This document shows positions 5,296 to 16,200 of a stretch of DNA of 20,000 bases, in pieces. The notes beneath the pieces were generated by a model. It saw nothing but the letters and a program-made list of their open reading frames with translations, searched no databases and was not told the DNA's origin. Within the stretch, counting starts at the first letter, position 1. Every line of letters begins with the position of its first letter. Made by a program: the position numbers and the translations under genes. The stretch comes from an uncultured virus (IMG/VR IMGVR_UViG_3300027770_000035) (lineage: Duplodnaviria > Heunggongvirae > Uroviricota > Caudoviricetes): IMG/VR virus record IMGVR_UViG_3300027770_000035; one strand, written 5' to 3'.

Positions 5296-5940
5296 TTAAA
5301 GTTCTGACAGCCATTCTTGAAAGATTCGAATCTTCTCTTCCATCAAGTCGTTCTGTGAAACTTTATTGAGTCGTTTCTTTATTTGTGAAGCTTTCTTTTC
5401 TTGCAGTTTGCCATTGTTCCAGATCCATTCCTTCTCTTCCATAACAGCAGTTACGAATGCCTCAGGAGCCGAAGGATCGGCAACAATGTCAGCGGCAGTC
5501 ATTAGTCTGAAGTCAGGCTGCACAATATTCTTGGCACCTTGCTGTTTCAGAGTTCCTACACCACGAGAAGAAACTCCCAGAGTCGCTCCAGCATCAATGA
5601 GTGCCTTGACGATATTACCATTGGGTGTTCCTAGAATTTCTGCTCTGCCAATGAAGTTATTGCCATCACGAGTCAGGGATCGAATCATATGAGACACTCG
5701 CTCTAACTGAATGGTAGGAGTATCAGGATGACCCAGTTCACCATAGGCCCGATTGGTATCAATATGTTCTTTGCTATATCGATCTATTTCTTCGGAGAGA
5801 GTATCGATAGGATACTCTCTGCCATTACGATTCACCATATCACCCTGAATGAAGATACCTTCCAGAAAGTATTTTCTGGTTCCATCTTTTCCTTCTGTGA
5901 TTACCTTTACTGAATCGTGGACTTCTGTTAAGAGTTTCAT
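5296..5940 (-). CDS. gp21: Prohead protease
   Basis: EGIFIQGDMVNRNGREYP, GELGHP, GVSSRGVG, DIVADPSAPEAFV. Confidence 0.97.
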   Translation of the reverse strand: MKLLTEVHDSVKVITEGKDGTRKYFLEGIFIQGDMVNRNGREYPIDTLSEEIDRYSKEHIDTNRAYGELGHPDTPTIQLERVSHMIRSLTRDGNNFIGRAEILGTPNGNIVKALIDAGATLGVSSRGVGTLKQQGAKNIVQPDFRLMTAADIVADPSAPEAFVTAVMEEKEWIWNNGKLQEKKASQIKKRLNKVSQNDLMEEKIRIFQEWLSEL

Positions 5941-5958
5941 TTAGACTTTGACAACTCC

Positions 5959-6516
5959 TTATAGATTTGAGTACTGTTGAGAGTATCCGGTCGCACCAGA
6001 CAAAGCAGGACCAGTCGAACCAGTCATAGAATAGAAACCAGTCGCACCAGAGTTATAGGTACCAGTCAGAGGCTGCTTCAATACAGTCATAAGCACTGTG
6101 TAATATCCAGTCGCCGCAGTAAGAGAAATCTGACCAGTCTTACCAGCAACCCCAACATTGTTCCAAGCATATGCAGAGTAATCTCGTTTGATTCTCATCT
6201 GACCACTACCACTTAAATTGCAGATATTAACAGGAGATGTGCCTACCCAACTAAGAGTGAGTGGCTGAGACGTTGACCAATTGATAGATTCGATTGCAAG
6301 TTCGGCTGCAATAAGTCCGGTGGATCCACCAATAATACCTGTGGCCCCTGCCGGAGACCAGGATCCTGTTGCACCAATTTGATTACCAACCCAACCAGTT
6401 AGGAATGAAGGATCGACAATAACAGAAGCAGATTCAGCAACATTCGAACCTGTTACCAATATGGTTGCTCTGTGTTGATCCTGTCGTAGAATTTGCGCTG
6501 TTCCGTTAAATGCCAT
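5959..6516 (-). CDS. Hypothetical, probably virion-associated, GATG-motif-rich protein (185 aa)
   Basis: Inside the head operon, SD AAGGA. Beta-rich, with four GATG and two GSTG motifs. Confidence 0.75.
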   Translation of the reverse strand: MAFNGTAQILRQDQHRATILVTGSNVAESASVIVDPSFLTGWVGNQIGATGSWSPAGATGIIGGSTGLIAAELAIESINWSTSQPLTLSWVGTSPVNICNLSGSGQMRIKRDYSAYAWNNVGVAGKTGQISLTAATGYYTVLMTVLKQPLTGTYNSGATGFYSMTGSTGPALSGATGYSQQYSNL

Positions 6517-6525
6517 ATGGTATCC

Positions 6526-6684
6526 TTAGTATTTCCTGATGATTTCTTGTTTCATATTATTCAGAATCTCAGTTGCCTTAGCATAAAGAATCTTACTGAC
6601 AGGACTTTCCAGTTTTGATGGTTGATTCTTCTTTGTTGCTGTTAAGATATCTTCAATGTATTTATTCTCAGTGGATTTTTTCAT
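6526..6684 (-). CDS. Small gp67-like prohead core protein (52 aa, not in the ORF track)
   Basis: MKKSTENKYIEDILTATKKNQPSKLESPVSKILYAKATEILNNMKQEIIRKY*. SD GGAG; directly after the portal gene, where T4 gp67 sits. Confidence 0.7.
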   Translation of the reverse strand: MKKSTENKYIEDILTATKKNQPSKLESPVSKILYAKATEILNNMKQEIIRKY

Positions 6685-6701
6685 ATATGCTCCAATAATA
6701 T

Positions 6702-8255
6702 TTATTGCTCTGCTTCAGGAGTTTCTGGTTCTGGAGTTTCTACTGGAGTTTCTTCTTCTGGAGGTGGACCACCACCTTCAATACCAGTTTCTGTTTCTCG
6801 TTCCACCTCAGGATTAACCAGACCATTATCAACATCAATCTGTTCCATTTCCTGATCGGTCTGCTTCAAAAAGTTCTGGCGAATATACTTCTGGGAGTAG
6901 TAACCTTCACCCATGTCAATTGCCTGTTTTGCGACTTCCATTCTCCGAGAAATGATTTCAGATTCATTGAATTCCATGAAGTGAGACTCACCACGGAAGT
7001 CATAGAAGATAAGGTGCTTGAGTTCTGTTTCCCATTCATCAGGAGTGATGATCTCTTTGAGAATCAATTGTTTCCTGAGTAGGTCAGAGAAAAGCGCAGA
7101 GAATCTGGTTCTAAGTCTTTGAACAAACTTGAAGAACTTGATTTCTTCTCTGTTAATTTCTGTGGATCTTCCTGTGTTGAATGTTGCAGCATCATCCAGA
7201 CGAGCCACAGGGACGTGCAAAGATCGATATAGTTTGCGTTGGAAGTACTGAACGTCGGTGAGTTCACCAAGATTCATACCACCAGGAAGTGTTCCGATTT
7301 CTGTTCCACGCCCACCTTCACGACGAGGAAGCCAGAAGTCTTCGGTCATTGTCTGGGTCTTCTTGTCGTCTCTGACTTCACCAGTCTCGGAATCATATAC
7401 AATCTTATTACGATATTTGTTCATAATATCGTTTACATATTGTTCGGCCTTGACCTTGGGTAGATTACCAACGTCAATGTAGAAGATTCTGCGTTCTGGT
7501 GCTCGGGATAGACGATAGATAACAGTAGCATCTTCGAGCATTCTTAGTTGATTCAGTGGCTTGATTGCCTTGTGAAGATAAGAAAGCACAACAATATTAT
7601 TCTTATCATCCACAAGACCTGATGTTACCGAAGCCACCGAATCCACCGGGAGTTTTAGATTCTGGTGCTCATTGTATACATAGAACTCGGTGATATCAGA
7701 GATAACTTCCACACCACGAGGATTCTTTTCTCTGTTTACTTCCTTGATCCTTTTGACCCTACGAGGATCCATATAGGATAACTGTTGAATACCATCTTTG
7801 GGACTATTGGTATCAATGGCAATATAGTAATAGATTCTACCATCGACATACCATCTCCTGAAAATTTCGTATGAGTTCTTATCGAAATTTAGCAGAGACA
7901 GGATGGTGGTAAATTCCTCTCTGATAGAATCTTTGATATCGTCCGAATACTTTACCTTCTGAAGATCAAGTGAGACAGGAGATTCCTGGCCATCAGTAGA
8001 GATAGCTTCGTTTACGATTTCGTCTATAGCAGATTCAACTTCGGCCTGAAGTCCGATTTCTCGATACTTGTTAATCAGCAGGTTCTCGTTTGTTGTAGAG
8101 AATTCCAAAGAGTAAGAAGTGCCAAAATACCCACCAGAAGATACTACGGAACCTTCGGTGTCAAGCGGAGGAACGATTGAGTTGATACTCTTTCGCTCCT
8201 CTTCCTTGAGTTCCTTTTCAGTACGAACAATTTTGAATCCAAAAAAATCTAACAT
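6702..8255 (-). CDS. gp20: Portal protein
   Basis: FRRWYVDGR, SYLHKAIKPLNQLRMLEDATVIYRLSRAPERRIFYIDVGNLP, EDFWLPRREGGRGTEI. Confidence 0.98.
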   Translation of the reverse strand: MLDFFGFKIVRTEKELKEEERKSINSIVPPLDTEGSVVSSGGYFGTSYSLEFSTTNENLLINKYREIGLQAEVESAIDEIVNEAISTDGQESPVSLDLQKVKYSDDIKDSIREEFTTILSLLNFDKNSYEIFRRWYVDGRIYYYIAIDTNSPKDGIQQLSYMDPRRVKRIKEVNREKNPRGVEVISDITEFYVYNEHQNLKLPVDSVASVTSGLVDDKNNIVVLSYLHKAIKPLNQLRMLEDATVIYRLSRAPERRIFYIDVGNLPKVKAEQYVNDIMNKYRNKIVYDSETGEVRDDKKTQTMTEDFWLPRREGGRGTEIGTLPGGMNLGELTDVQYFQRKLYRSLHVPVARLDDAATFNTGRSTEINREEIKFFKFVQRLRTRFSALFSDLLRKQLILKEIITPDEWETELKHLIFYDFRGESHFMEFNESEIISRRMEVAKQAIDMGEGYYSQKYIRQNFLKQTDQEMEQIDVDNGLVNPEVERETETGIEGGGPPPEEETPVETPEPETPEAEQ

Positions 8256-8280
8256 TATATGGTATTATCCTTTTTGTTTG

Positions 8281-8805
8281 TTACTGATCGTCAGTGTTAT
8301 CGTTAGTCCACCAGTCATAATGCCAGGTAACGGGGAACTCTTCAATAGTATCGGTGGTATTCCAGTCAACATCAATTGCAGCAATTTCGGCTGGCCAGAT
8401 ATTTTCAATATAATAAGTTTTAATTCCAGCACCCTCTTTACTATATTGGGTCACTCTAGCACTAGCACTTTTATAGATAGTATCTGTTCTCACATTACCA
8501 ACATGAGAATTAATTCCAGACATCCAAGTTTCTAATTGATCACGAACCCCGAAATCTTCAAGATTGATGATAGTAGTTGTCCAATCAGCAAAGGTGCGAT
8601 CACCCGCAACCTTAATCTTTCTACCAAAGTAAGGGACTTCAATCATACCAATAGTAGATGCAGGTAGAGAAGCCGCTTTACAAGTAAATTCTAAATTAGG
8701 AATAGTTCCATCAGCCCAACTGATAACAACATCAAATAGGGTATTTCTTGCTCCTTCACTTACCTTCTCTAGAGCAGACTTAAAATTGTTTACATTAAAT
8801 GGCAT
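8281..8805 (-). CDS. gp19: Tail tube protein
   Basis: CKAASLPAST, VPYFGRKIKVAGDRTFADWTTT, IEEFPVTWHYDWW. Confidence 0.97.
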   Translation of the reverse strand: MPFNVNNFKSALEKVSEGARNTLFDVVISWADGTIPNLEFTCKAASLPASTIGMIEVPYFGRKIKVAGDRTFADWTTTIINLEDFGVRDQLETWMSGINSHVGNVRTDTIYKSASARVTQYSKEGAGIKTYYIENIWPAEIAAIDVDWNTTDTIEEFPVTWHYDWWTNDNTDDQ

Positions 8806-8837
8806 ATTTTTTATCCTCTTTTATTTATTCTAAGATT

Positions 8838-8864
8838 TTGAAAGGGGAGAAATTAATCTCCCCT
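8838..8864 (-). terminator. Hairpin or probable intrinsic terminator after gp18
   Basis: AGGGGAGA-ttaatt-TCTCCCCT with a short T tail. An AATAAATA late-promoter variant follows at 8822-8829, before gp19. Confidence 0.7.
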
Positions 8865-8868
8865 CGTA

Positions 8869-10836
8869 TTAGAATTGACCGACTACTGTCTTGAAGTCAA
8901 CGCCAGTAGCAACGGCGACGAAGTTCAACTGAATGTAATTGATTGAACGAGCTGGCTTGATGTAGATATCGCCAACGAACTGATTCGCATCAATTACTTG
9001 AGGAGTGTTATTTGTGGTGTCACAAACAACCTTGAAGTCTGTAATGCCATTCCGACCCTTGACTGTTCTCAGGAACGGTTCTACAAGACCAACAAACTGG
9101 GCACGAGTAGAAGCATTATTGAGTTCGAAGAGGGAGAACTTGGCAGCAGCCGAGATAGACTTTTCCAGAGTAATGAACAAACGACGAACATTGATTCTAT
9201 CAAAGGCCGAAGGACGAGCCAGAGCAGTCTTGTCACCGAATAGCACAGTACCCAGACCAGGCTGAGAAATAACCGGATTGATACCCACAGAATAGAGACT
9301 ATCCCGATTTGCTTGAGTCGGATTCCAAGCCAGCTTAATTACGTTCTTGATAACACCACGATTGTAACCAGCAGGAGAATACCAAGGATCATTTGTTTGG
9401 TCGGTACGAGCACAAAGACCAGCAATGTCGCCATTAAGAGGAATCCAGCGGAAAACATCATTATACTTATCGTACTGATACTTCCAGTTAGAATCCATAA
9501 AGGCATAGGATGAATTCGGATTAACTGTGGTTGTCATATAGGTGACAAGAGCAGTAGATACCGCAGAATCCCCACCAGAGTTATTGACGACATCAGCCTG
9601 AAGTGGTGAGAAGAATACTACACAATCCTTACGAGAATTGGCAATACCAACTAGAGCACTTACAGTAGCCTGAGGTTCTCGACCAGCCATCAATAGATCC
9701 ACAGTCACAGTATCTGAGTTGAACAGATTATAACCATTATTATTATTGATTACTGAAGTTGAATAATCATCCTGACCACCAGAAAGAGACGCAGCAGTTT
9801 CTGTATCAGCCGCCCAAGTGGTAGCAATCTGACGGAATTTTGCAGTAGATACAAAGCCGCTAGTTGCAGTTCCCCAAGCAGTATTTGTGGTGTCAGCAGT
9901 AGTTGGAGCAGCATTCCACCAGATATACTTGGACTGGTTATTGATCACATTGGCATAGTAATTGGTTGTTCCAGAATCACTGATCGCATCAGAGAACTTA
10001 GAAAGGAACTGATACTTTTCAAGAACTATACCAGCAGTACCTGAGATAGCACCATTGTCATCAACAACTAGAATATGAACTTCATCAAGAGCACCCGTCG
10101 CACCCTTGGATGTTGCGAAGGTAGAGGTGGAAGGAGCAGTTGCGAAATAAGATTTAATTGTTGAGGAACCCCCAGAAATTACTCCAGTAGCACCAGCATA
10201 GTTGCCAGCATCAACAGTATATACACTCAGGCCATCACCTAGAATACCAGGGTACTTGGCGATCCAGGGACCAGCACCAGAGTAAGGAGAGTTCGCAAGA
10301 TACGCTGTCTGATTCTTAACGAGTGCGGTGGTAACGCCAGAGTTGACGATTGAGTTAGCACCAGTCTGAACGAAGGTAATTCCTGTAGAACCAATAGCAC
10401 CAGTCGCACCAGCGGATAGAGTAAATCCGGTGGAACCAGCAATTGCAGTGATTCTTGCATTGTTTGGCATTGCAGGACCATATACGGGCATACCGACTGC
10501 AATACCAGTCGCACCAGTAAGTCCAAAATTGGTTGCAGTAGCACCAGTCGCACCGATGGTTCCAGTGAACTTCAACTGACTTACTACACGAACGTTGGTA
10601 AGATTGTTGGCATAGGAAAGGAAGTTAGCAGCAGTGAAGAAATCCCCTGCATTAGAAGTGCTCGGTTTACCAAACTGATTGACCAGATCTACTTCTGAAA
10701 TTACTGTTGTTAATTGATCAGCCGGACCCCATGCGAAGTGACCAGCAAACCCACCTACTGATGTCGATACTCCAGGGACGGCTGTAGTGAGATTGAACTC
10801 ACTGACATTTACGCCTGGGCTTGTTAGAATTGCCAT
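8869..10836 (-). CDS. gp18: Contractile tail sheath protein
   Basis: SPGVNVSE, FAWGP, PWYSPAGYNRG, LFGDKT, SAFDRINVRRLF, IKPARSINYIQLNFVA. Confidence 0.98.
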   Translation of the reverse strand: MAILTSPGVNVSEFNLTTAVPGVSTSVGGFAGHFAWGPADQLTTVISEVDLVNQFGKPSTSNAGDFFTAANFLSYANNLTNVRVVSQLKFTGTIGATGATATNFGLTGATGIAVGMPVYGPAMPNNARITAIAGSTGFTLSAGATGAIGSTGITFVQTGANSIVNSGVTTALVKNQTAYLANSPYSGAGPWIAKYPGILGDGLSVYTVDAGNYAGATGVISGGSSTIKSYFATAPSTSTFATSKGATGALDEVHILVVDDNGAISGTAGIVLEKYQFLSKFSDAISDSGTTNYYANVINNQSKYIWWNAAPTTADTTNTAWGTATSGFVSTAKFRQIATTWAADTETAASLSGGQDDYSTSVINNNNGYNLFNSDTVTVDLLMAGREPQATVSALVGIANSRKDCVVFFSPLQADVVNNSGGDSAVSTALVTYMTTTVNPNSSYAFMDSNWKYQYDKYNDVFRWIPLNGDIAGLCARTDQTNDPWYSPAGYNRGVIKNVIKLAWNPTQANRDSLYSVGINPVISQPGLGTVLFGDKTALARPSAFDRINVRRLFITLEKSISAAAKFSLFELNNASTRAQFVGLVEPFLRTVKGRNGITDFKVVCDTTNNTPQVIDANQFVGDIYIKPARSINYIQLNFVAVATGVDFKTVVGQF

Positions 10837-10883
10837 ATTGTTTCTCCTTGATATACTGTGGTATGTACCTTGTTTACTTTAAG

Positions 10884-10891
10884 TATTTATA
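10884..10891 (-). promoter_or_regulatory. T4-type late promoter for gp18
   Basis: Exact TATAAATA in the gp17-gp18 gap; SD AAGGAG before the gp18 ATG. Confidence 0.85.
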
Positions 10892-10904
10892 AAAATCGAA
10901 TCTT

Positions 10905-12500
10905 CTAACCCAGCAGCCATCTCATGTCTTCAACTTGTTCCTGAGTCATGGGACTCTCATCCCTAAAAATTTGACCATACTCTGTTTGGGTATCTCCATC
11001 ATCCACATTAATCATACCCGAATTAGCATTTTTCATTTCCTTGAAATATGATTGAGTGGACATCCAAGCAAACATAACAAGATTCATAACCAGATCATCA
11101 TGGATTCCAGTATCTGCCGAGTATGAATCGGCCTTGGAAATAAAATTTGACAATTCATGAATCTGATCATGAGTTAAATCTATTAACTTATCTTCTTCTA
11201 TTAGATCTTTTAGTACCGCACAACCAAGTCGTTTTACAGATTTGGTCATCTCTACACCAGAATCGGAATTCTTAACGAACTCTGAACTCAGTACCTGCCT
11301 TTTATTTAGCACAAATGTTTTTGCCAAATACTCATAACCATATTCAAAATGACATTCTTCGGCTACTGCTCGTCCGATAGAATTTCTTTCGATTACAAGA
11401 AATGCATTGTTATATTTTTCACACACAGGCATGACCGTCTGAGCCAAAAAGTAGGGTCGAGTCTTATTACACTTCCATGTATAGGCGACCCTATAGGGAA
11501 TTTCGGTCGTATCAATAATAGTAATAGTAGAATAATCTCCCAAATTACCCCCAGCCACATCTACCATACAGGCATAGGAGTGACCCTCTTCGGGCTTATG
11601 ATTGATAACTGTATTGAAATCACTTGATATCGGAACTGTAGCATATAATTCTCTCAACTTACTTCCCATAATAAGAGTGTTGGCCGATCCCAGAAACTCG
11701 TTTCCATATTCCTGTCTGAATCCGAGATCTCCAAGAATTTCTGTCTGAGCCTTGGCCCAAGCAGCGTCTCGTCCGGGAACCTGATTCCATGAAATTTCAA
11801 AGGGAAAGAAGTCGTTCTGTTTGGCTTTGGCTTCAGAAAATAATCGATAGAATAGATTCAATCCATTGGGAGTGGATGCAATAATGATTTTAGTTTCCTC
11901 ACCCGAGGAGATTGTGGGAAAGGTCGATTTGAAGAATTCTACAGAATTATCTACGAATGCGAACTCATCAAGAAATAGTAGATTGACTGAATACCCACGA
12001 ATCGAATCAGCCGAAGTAGATGACGCAATAATACGTGAGTTATTACCTAGTTCCAGTGAACCCTTATTGAGGACCTTGGCTCCCGGCTGTAGAAAGAATG
12101 GAATGGTTTCATATGCAGCCACAATTCTATTAAGAATTTCTCTTGCGATTGCGGCCTTATTTGCAAGAATAGCTACGGTCTTGTCCGGATTAAAGAAGGC
12201 ATACCATAGAATGAATGCGGCAGTAGTGATGGTCTTTCCACTTTGTCTGGGAGAAAGCAGCACAACTTTCCTATGCTCGTGGAAACTCTTAATTAATCCC
12301 TTCTGATATCCTCGAAGTTTGAATGGAATAAATCCATGATCCAATGAATTAATCTTGACATACTTCTCGATAAAGTATTCGGGATCCTGGGCACAACGAA
12401 CATATTCCTTTACTTGGTCTTCGGTATAATCCTCTGAGAGATTGATCCGTTTAATTAACGGATTCAAATAATATTCTTTATTCTTGTGAGTCGTTACCAT
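10905..12500 (-). CDS. gp17: Terminase large subunit
   Basis: Walker A SPRQSGKT, Walker B LLFLDEFAF, STPNG, nuclease motifs VDVAGG and HDDLVM. Confidence 0.98.
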   Translation of the reverse strand: MVTTHKNKEYYLNPLIKRINLSEDYTEDQVKEYVRCAQDPEYFIEKYVKINSLDHGFIPFKLRGYQKGLIKSFHEHRKVVLLSPRQSGKTITTAAFILWYAFFNPDKTVAILANKAAIAREILNRIVAAYETIPFFLQPGAKVLNKGSLELGNNSRIIASSTSADSIRGYSVNLLFLDEFAFVDNSVEFFKSTFPTISSGEETKIIIASTPNGLNLFYRLFSEAKAKQNDFFPFEISWNQVPGRDAAWAKAQTEILGDLGFRQEYGNEFLGSANTLIMGSKLRELYATVPISSDFNTVINHKPEEGHSYACMVDVAGGNLGDYSTITIIDTTEIPYRVAYTWKCNKTRPYFLAQTVMPVCEKYNNAFLVIERNSIGRAVAEECHFEYGYEYLAKTFVLNKRQVLSSEFVKNSDSGVEMTKSVKRLGCAVLKDLIEEDKLIDLTHDQIHELSNFISKADSYSADTGIHDDLVMNLVMFAWMSTQSYFKEMKNANSGMINVDDGDTQTEYGQIFRDESPMTQEQVEDMRWLLG

Positions 12501-12867
12501 GATTTTTATTAGTGTCTTTCAACAACTTCTGCAATTCTGCCGTACTTCCTACGAAAATATTATTCTGAGTATTGTTCTGGGTGTCTGGTTTCTTATTGCC
12601 AGCAGTAAGATCCGATAGGTTCTTGGCAACATCAGCCGTGGTCTTGATAAGACCAGACACTACTTCAAAGGCTCGTGGAGATTCTGCACTCTTGGCAAAT
12701 GCAATCAGATTGTCTAGGGCATCCTTGGATTGGGCGATGAGTTCATAGTAGATCTTTCTCACATTGTCATGATCCTGCTCATCACTGGAAGGCACTGCCA
12801 CAGGAACTACTTCTGCCTTGGACATAGGTTCAAGATCAAAGAACTCGCTAATACTGTCGGGTTTCAT
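12478..12867 (-). CDS. gp16: Terminase small subunit
   Basis: SESPRAFEVVSGLIK-type motif and NNIFVGSTAELQKLLK; overlaps the gp17 start. Confidence 0.93.
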   Translation of the reverse strand: MKPDSISEFFDLEPMSKAEVVPVAVPSSDEQDHDNVRKIYYELIAQSKDALDNLIAFAKSAESPRAFEVVSGLIKTTADVAKNLSDLTAGNKKPDTQNNTQNNIFVGSTAELQKLLKDTNKNHGNDSQE

Positions 12868-12869
12868 AT

Positions 12870-13253
12870 TTATGGTGTTGGTGTATCATCCTGGATGATA
12901 GGAATGATAGGCTCCGCAGGATGCGGTGCGACGTACCACGGAGAAGTCCTCACCACATACGGAGGATTAGCTCTGTTGTCAATACTTGCAGCAATCTTGT
13001 CCTGCAATGACTTAACTGTATCTTCGCCAAGTTCGGTTTTTACCCATTGAATTACTGTGTCCAGAGTAAGATCCGAAAAGGCAGAGAAATTATCAGGGTT
13101 AGGAGGAGCAACTGTTACCTGTCCATACTGGTTGTCCTGATAGGTTCCATCAGTACCATTAAGATGCCAGCTAACCACAGCAACAACTTCTGTTAAGTCG
13201 CCCTGTGTGGGTATTACCTTCATGTCGTTGCATTGCCATGTATATTTAATCAT
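12870..13253 (-). CDS. Hypothetical fibre-associated protein (127 aa)
   Basis: Directly downstream of the fibre gene, SD GAGG. YTW..VV..VSW..F..FSDLT...VIQWV pattern of small proteins often found beside phage fibre genes. Confidence 0.75.
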   Translation of the reverse strand: MIKYTWQCNDMKVIPTQGDLTEVVAVVSWHLNGTDGTYQDNQYGQVTVAPPNPDNFSAFSDLTLDTVIQWVKTELGEDTVKSLQDKIAASIDNRANPPYVVRTSPWYVAPHPAEPIIPIIQDDTPTP

Positions 13254-13268
13254 TTTAGTTTTCCTCTA

Positions 13269-16200
13269 TTAGTTAGACATCATCGTAATCCAATTAGTTC
13301 CATCACTTTGTAACATCGCAAACTTCCCTCCCGACGACCCCCCAAGGAGTATTGCTGTTCCTGCCGTTGCTGACCCCAAAGGTACCACATTACTTGCATT
13401 GCTTGTGAGTGAATTTGCAGTTATATTTTTTACATACAATATTCTCCCGGCATATGTTGCAGCCGACAAAAGAGTTATTGTACAACTGGTAGTGGTAATG
13501 ATTAACGAAGAATCAGTACTCGCCATAGTGTAAGTAGCAGCGTTGACTGTGGTTGGGGATTTAAGTGCAATGCTTCCTTCATGATAAACAGTAGATCCTG
13601 CGATGTATGCGGTATTAGCACCTTTTCCCCCAACCGCTCCTATTACTATTTCGTTACTTACACCTGCTGCCGAAGCATAACTACCAGCACCTATGTAAAC
13701 ATTATAAGTTCCTGTAGCCTGATTTGTTCCAGCATTTTGTCCTATAGCAATATTATTGCCACCAGTTGAGATTGAAGCACCACTATTGTAGCCTAAGGTT
13801 GTGTTATTGGCACCAGTAGTAATTGCAGACCCGGACACATATCCTATAGCAGTATTACCATAACCACTTGTAATGGTGAGTAGTGTCTGTTGTCCAACGG
13901 CAGTATTACCAGCAATGCTTGAAGTGCCTAATCCAACTGTAATACCGTTAATCAGCGCATCCCCAGCCACATGGAGTAATTTGCTGGGACTGGTGGTCCC
14001 GATGCCAACGTTACCGTTGGCTAGAATGGTAGCTCTAATTCCGCCTGGAGTTCCTAATTGCAAAGCGGAACCACTGGAACCTGCTGATATAAAAGTGGCA
14101 TACGCTAACGTATTAGTCAGGGTGGCACCAGCCGTGCTTCCCTCGACTCCAACATATCCCAGCCCGGTATTAGCAGAAGAGTTGAATTGGGTGTATACAG
14201 CACTGGTGTCATTGGTACCAGTGATACGAATCACAGCACCACTCCCAACGATTGCGAGTTTATTGCCTGGCGTTGTCGTCCCGATGCCAACGTTTCCGGT
14301 TGTTGTTTGAATATACAGGGCATCGGTTACTGCACCAGCACCAGTGTGGACTTTGAACTGATGATACTGCCCTGAGTATTCAAATCCCACACGAAAATCA
14401 GTACCAGGCAACCAACCCATAGTTTGATAATTCGTATCGGTTGTGAATCCAGCAGTTACCCGATTGTCAGAACTAGCTCTTCTAACTTCTAATTGCCCAT
14501 AGTTTCCTGTAATTGAACTTGGTAAACCAATAGCCACATTTCCATTAACTGCAAGTTTTGAGGTAGGTGTTGTCGTCCCGATGCCCACGTTGCCGGATGT
14601 GGCTTTAATGGTCAGCTTATCATTGCCAGATGCCCTGAAAAACAGATCACCACCAGCGGCAGTGGAGTCTAAATACAAATTGTCTCCACCATCAACTTGA
14701 AGTACGGTTCTTGCTGTTCCAGCAGCATCTTTGATTTGGATGCCCTGAGTGTTGTCTAAAAGAATCTTACCACCAGCCACATGAAGTTTTGCCGTGGGAG
14801 ATGATATCCCGATGCCAACATTTCCTGTACTGTTAATTCTCACCCGCTCTGTTACTTGTCCCCCCATAATTCTGGTGCCGAAAGCGAGGTAACTAGCATA
14901 ATCGCCATCCGTGGCGTTTTCTTTGGCTCCTTTTATCAGTGCCCACTGGGCTTGCCAGTCCAGGTGATACCGTCCGCCGAATCCTATGGAGCCGCCAACA
15001 TCGATTCCCAATGCAGTATTCGTCTCCACGTTGAGCACGCCAGCATTGTTAGCGCCAGCTCCAAATACGACATTGGGACCTGTCACGGTCATGGTGGAAG
15101 CAGTGAGACTATCTGCCGCTGTATTCACAGTACCACTCAGAACATCCAGCTTCACATTTGGTGCCGTCGTCCCGATGCCGACGTTGCCACTATTCAGTAC
15201 AGAAAACTGTTCTGAAATAATATTAGTGGAAGTTCGTGTACCAAGAGATACACGTACCAATCCACTACCATCTTGATATCCAGTCAATCCCCCGCCACGC
15301 ACGTCCGATCCAAATTCAAGCAGTTCTTTGAGTGACGCACTTGCCACAGGAACAGCAATAGCTGGGGATGTTCTGCCATATGAATTTGCGGCACCAATCT
15401 GTAAACTAGCAGATGGACTGGTGGTCCCAATTCCGACGCAGCCGCTATTTCTATTTATGAATAACCGATCCGCCCAACCACCATTGTTGACCTGGCTTTG
15501 AATAGACAAATCTGTTCCGGCACCATTGTCTGTTGCGTTTTCAGAACCAAGAGCCAGGAACTGCCAGCGATCTTGGATAGTGCCAGTGGCCTGGCCACGG
15601 CGGAACAACAACCTGTTACCACTATTGCCTGATAGACCTTCAGTAGTGAGGGTTGCATATGAACCAGTTGAGCCAGTCGAACGTGCTGCAATAACAGAAG
15701 ATGTGGCATATACATCAAGCAAATACGCAGGTGACGTCGTCCCGATGCCCACGTTGCCGCTATTAGTAATCACCATTCTCTGATTGGCCGAACCATTGGC
15801 ACCAGTTTCAAACTTAATTTCGCCAGCATTGGCATTGAGAATAAGCCCCCCTGAAATATTTGCCTGCGTAGTAAGCACGCCTGCATCTCCCCATCCAGTG
15901 ACGGCTGTGTATCCCGTGCCCGTTACGCCAAATAGTACCCTATCATTAATTCCCAATGCTCCATTTCTCATATCAAATAATGCAGAGGCAGCAGTCCCCG
16001 CATTGGGATTATCAAACCGAATGTCAGTTTGAGTGTTTTGGTCTTTACTTACATGCAACAACGCCCCAGGACTTGTCGTCCCGATGCCCACGTTGCCGTT
16101 ATAGTTTACATAATTTCTTGACAATGCTGTAAGCGTATAAATTGAAGACACTGTCATTGCGTCAAACACTGGTTTTGCTAAACCGGAGTCAGAAAACATT

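Noticed and set aside
10905..12500. Intron, intein or homing endonuclease in the terminase or other core genes
   Set aside because: gp17, gp18, gp20 and gp23 are continuous and of normal length.
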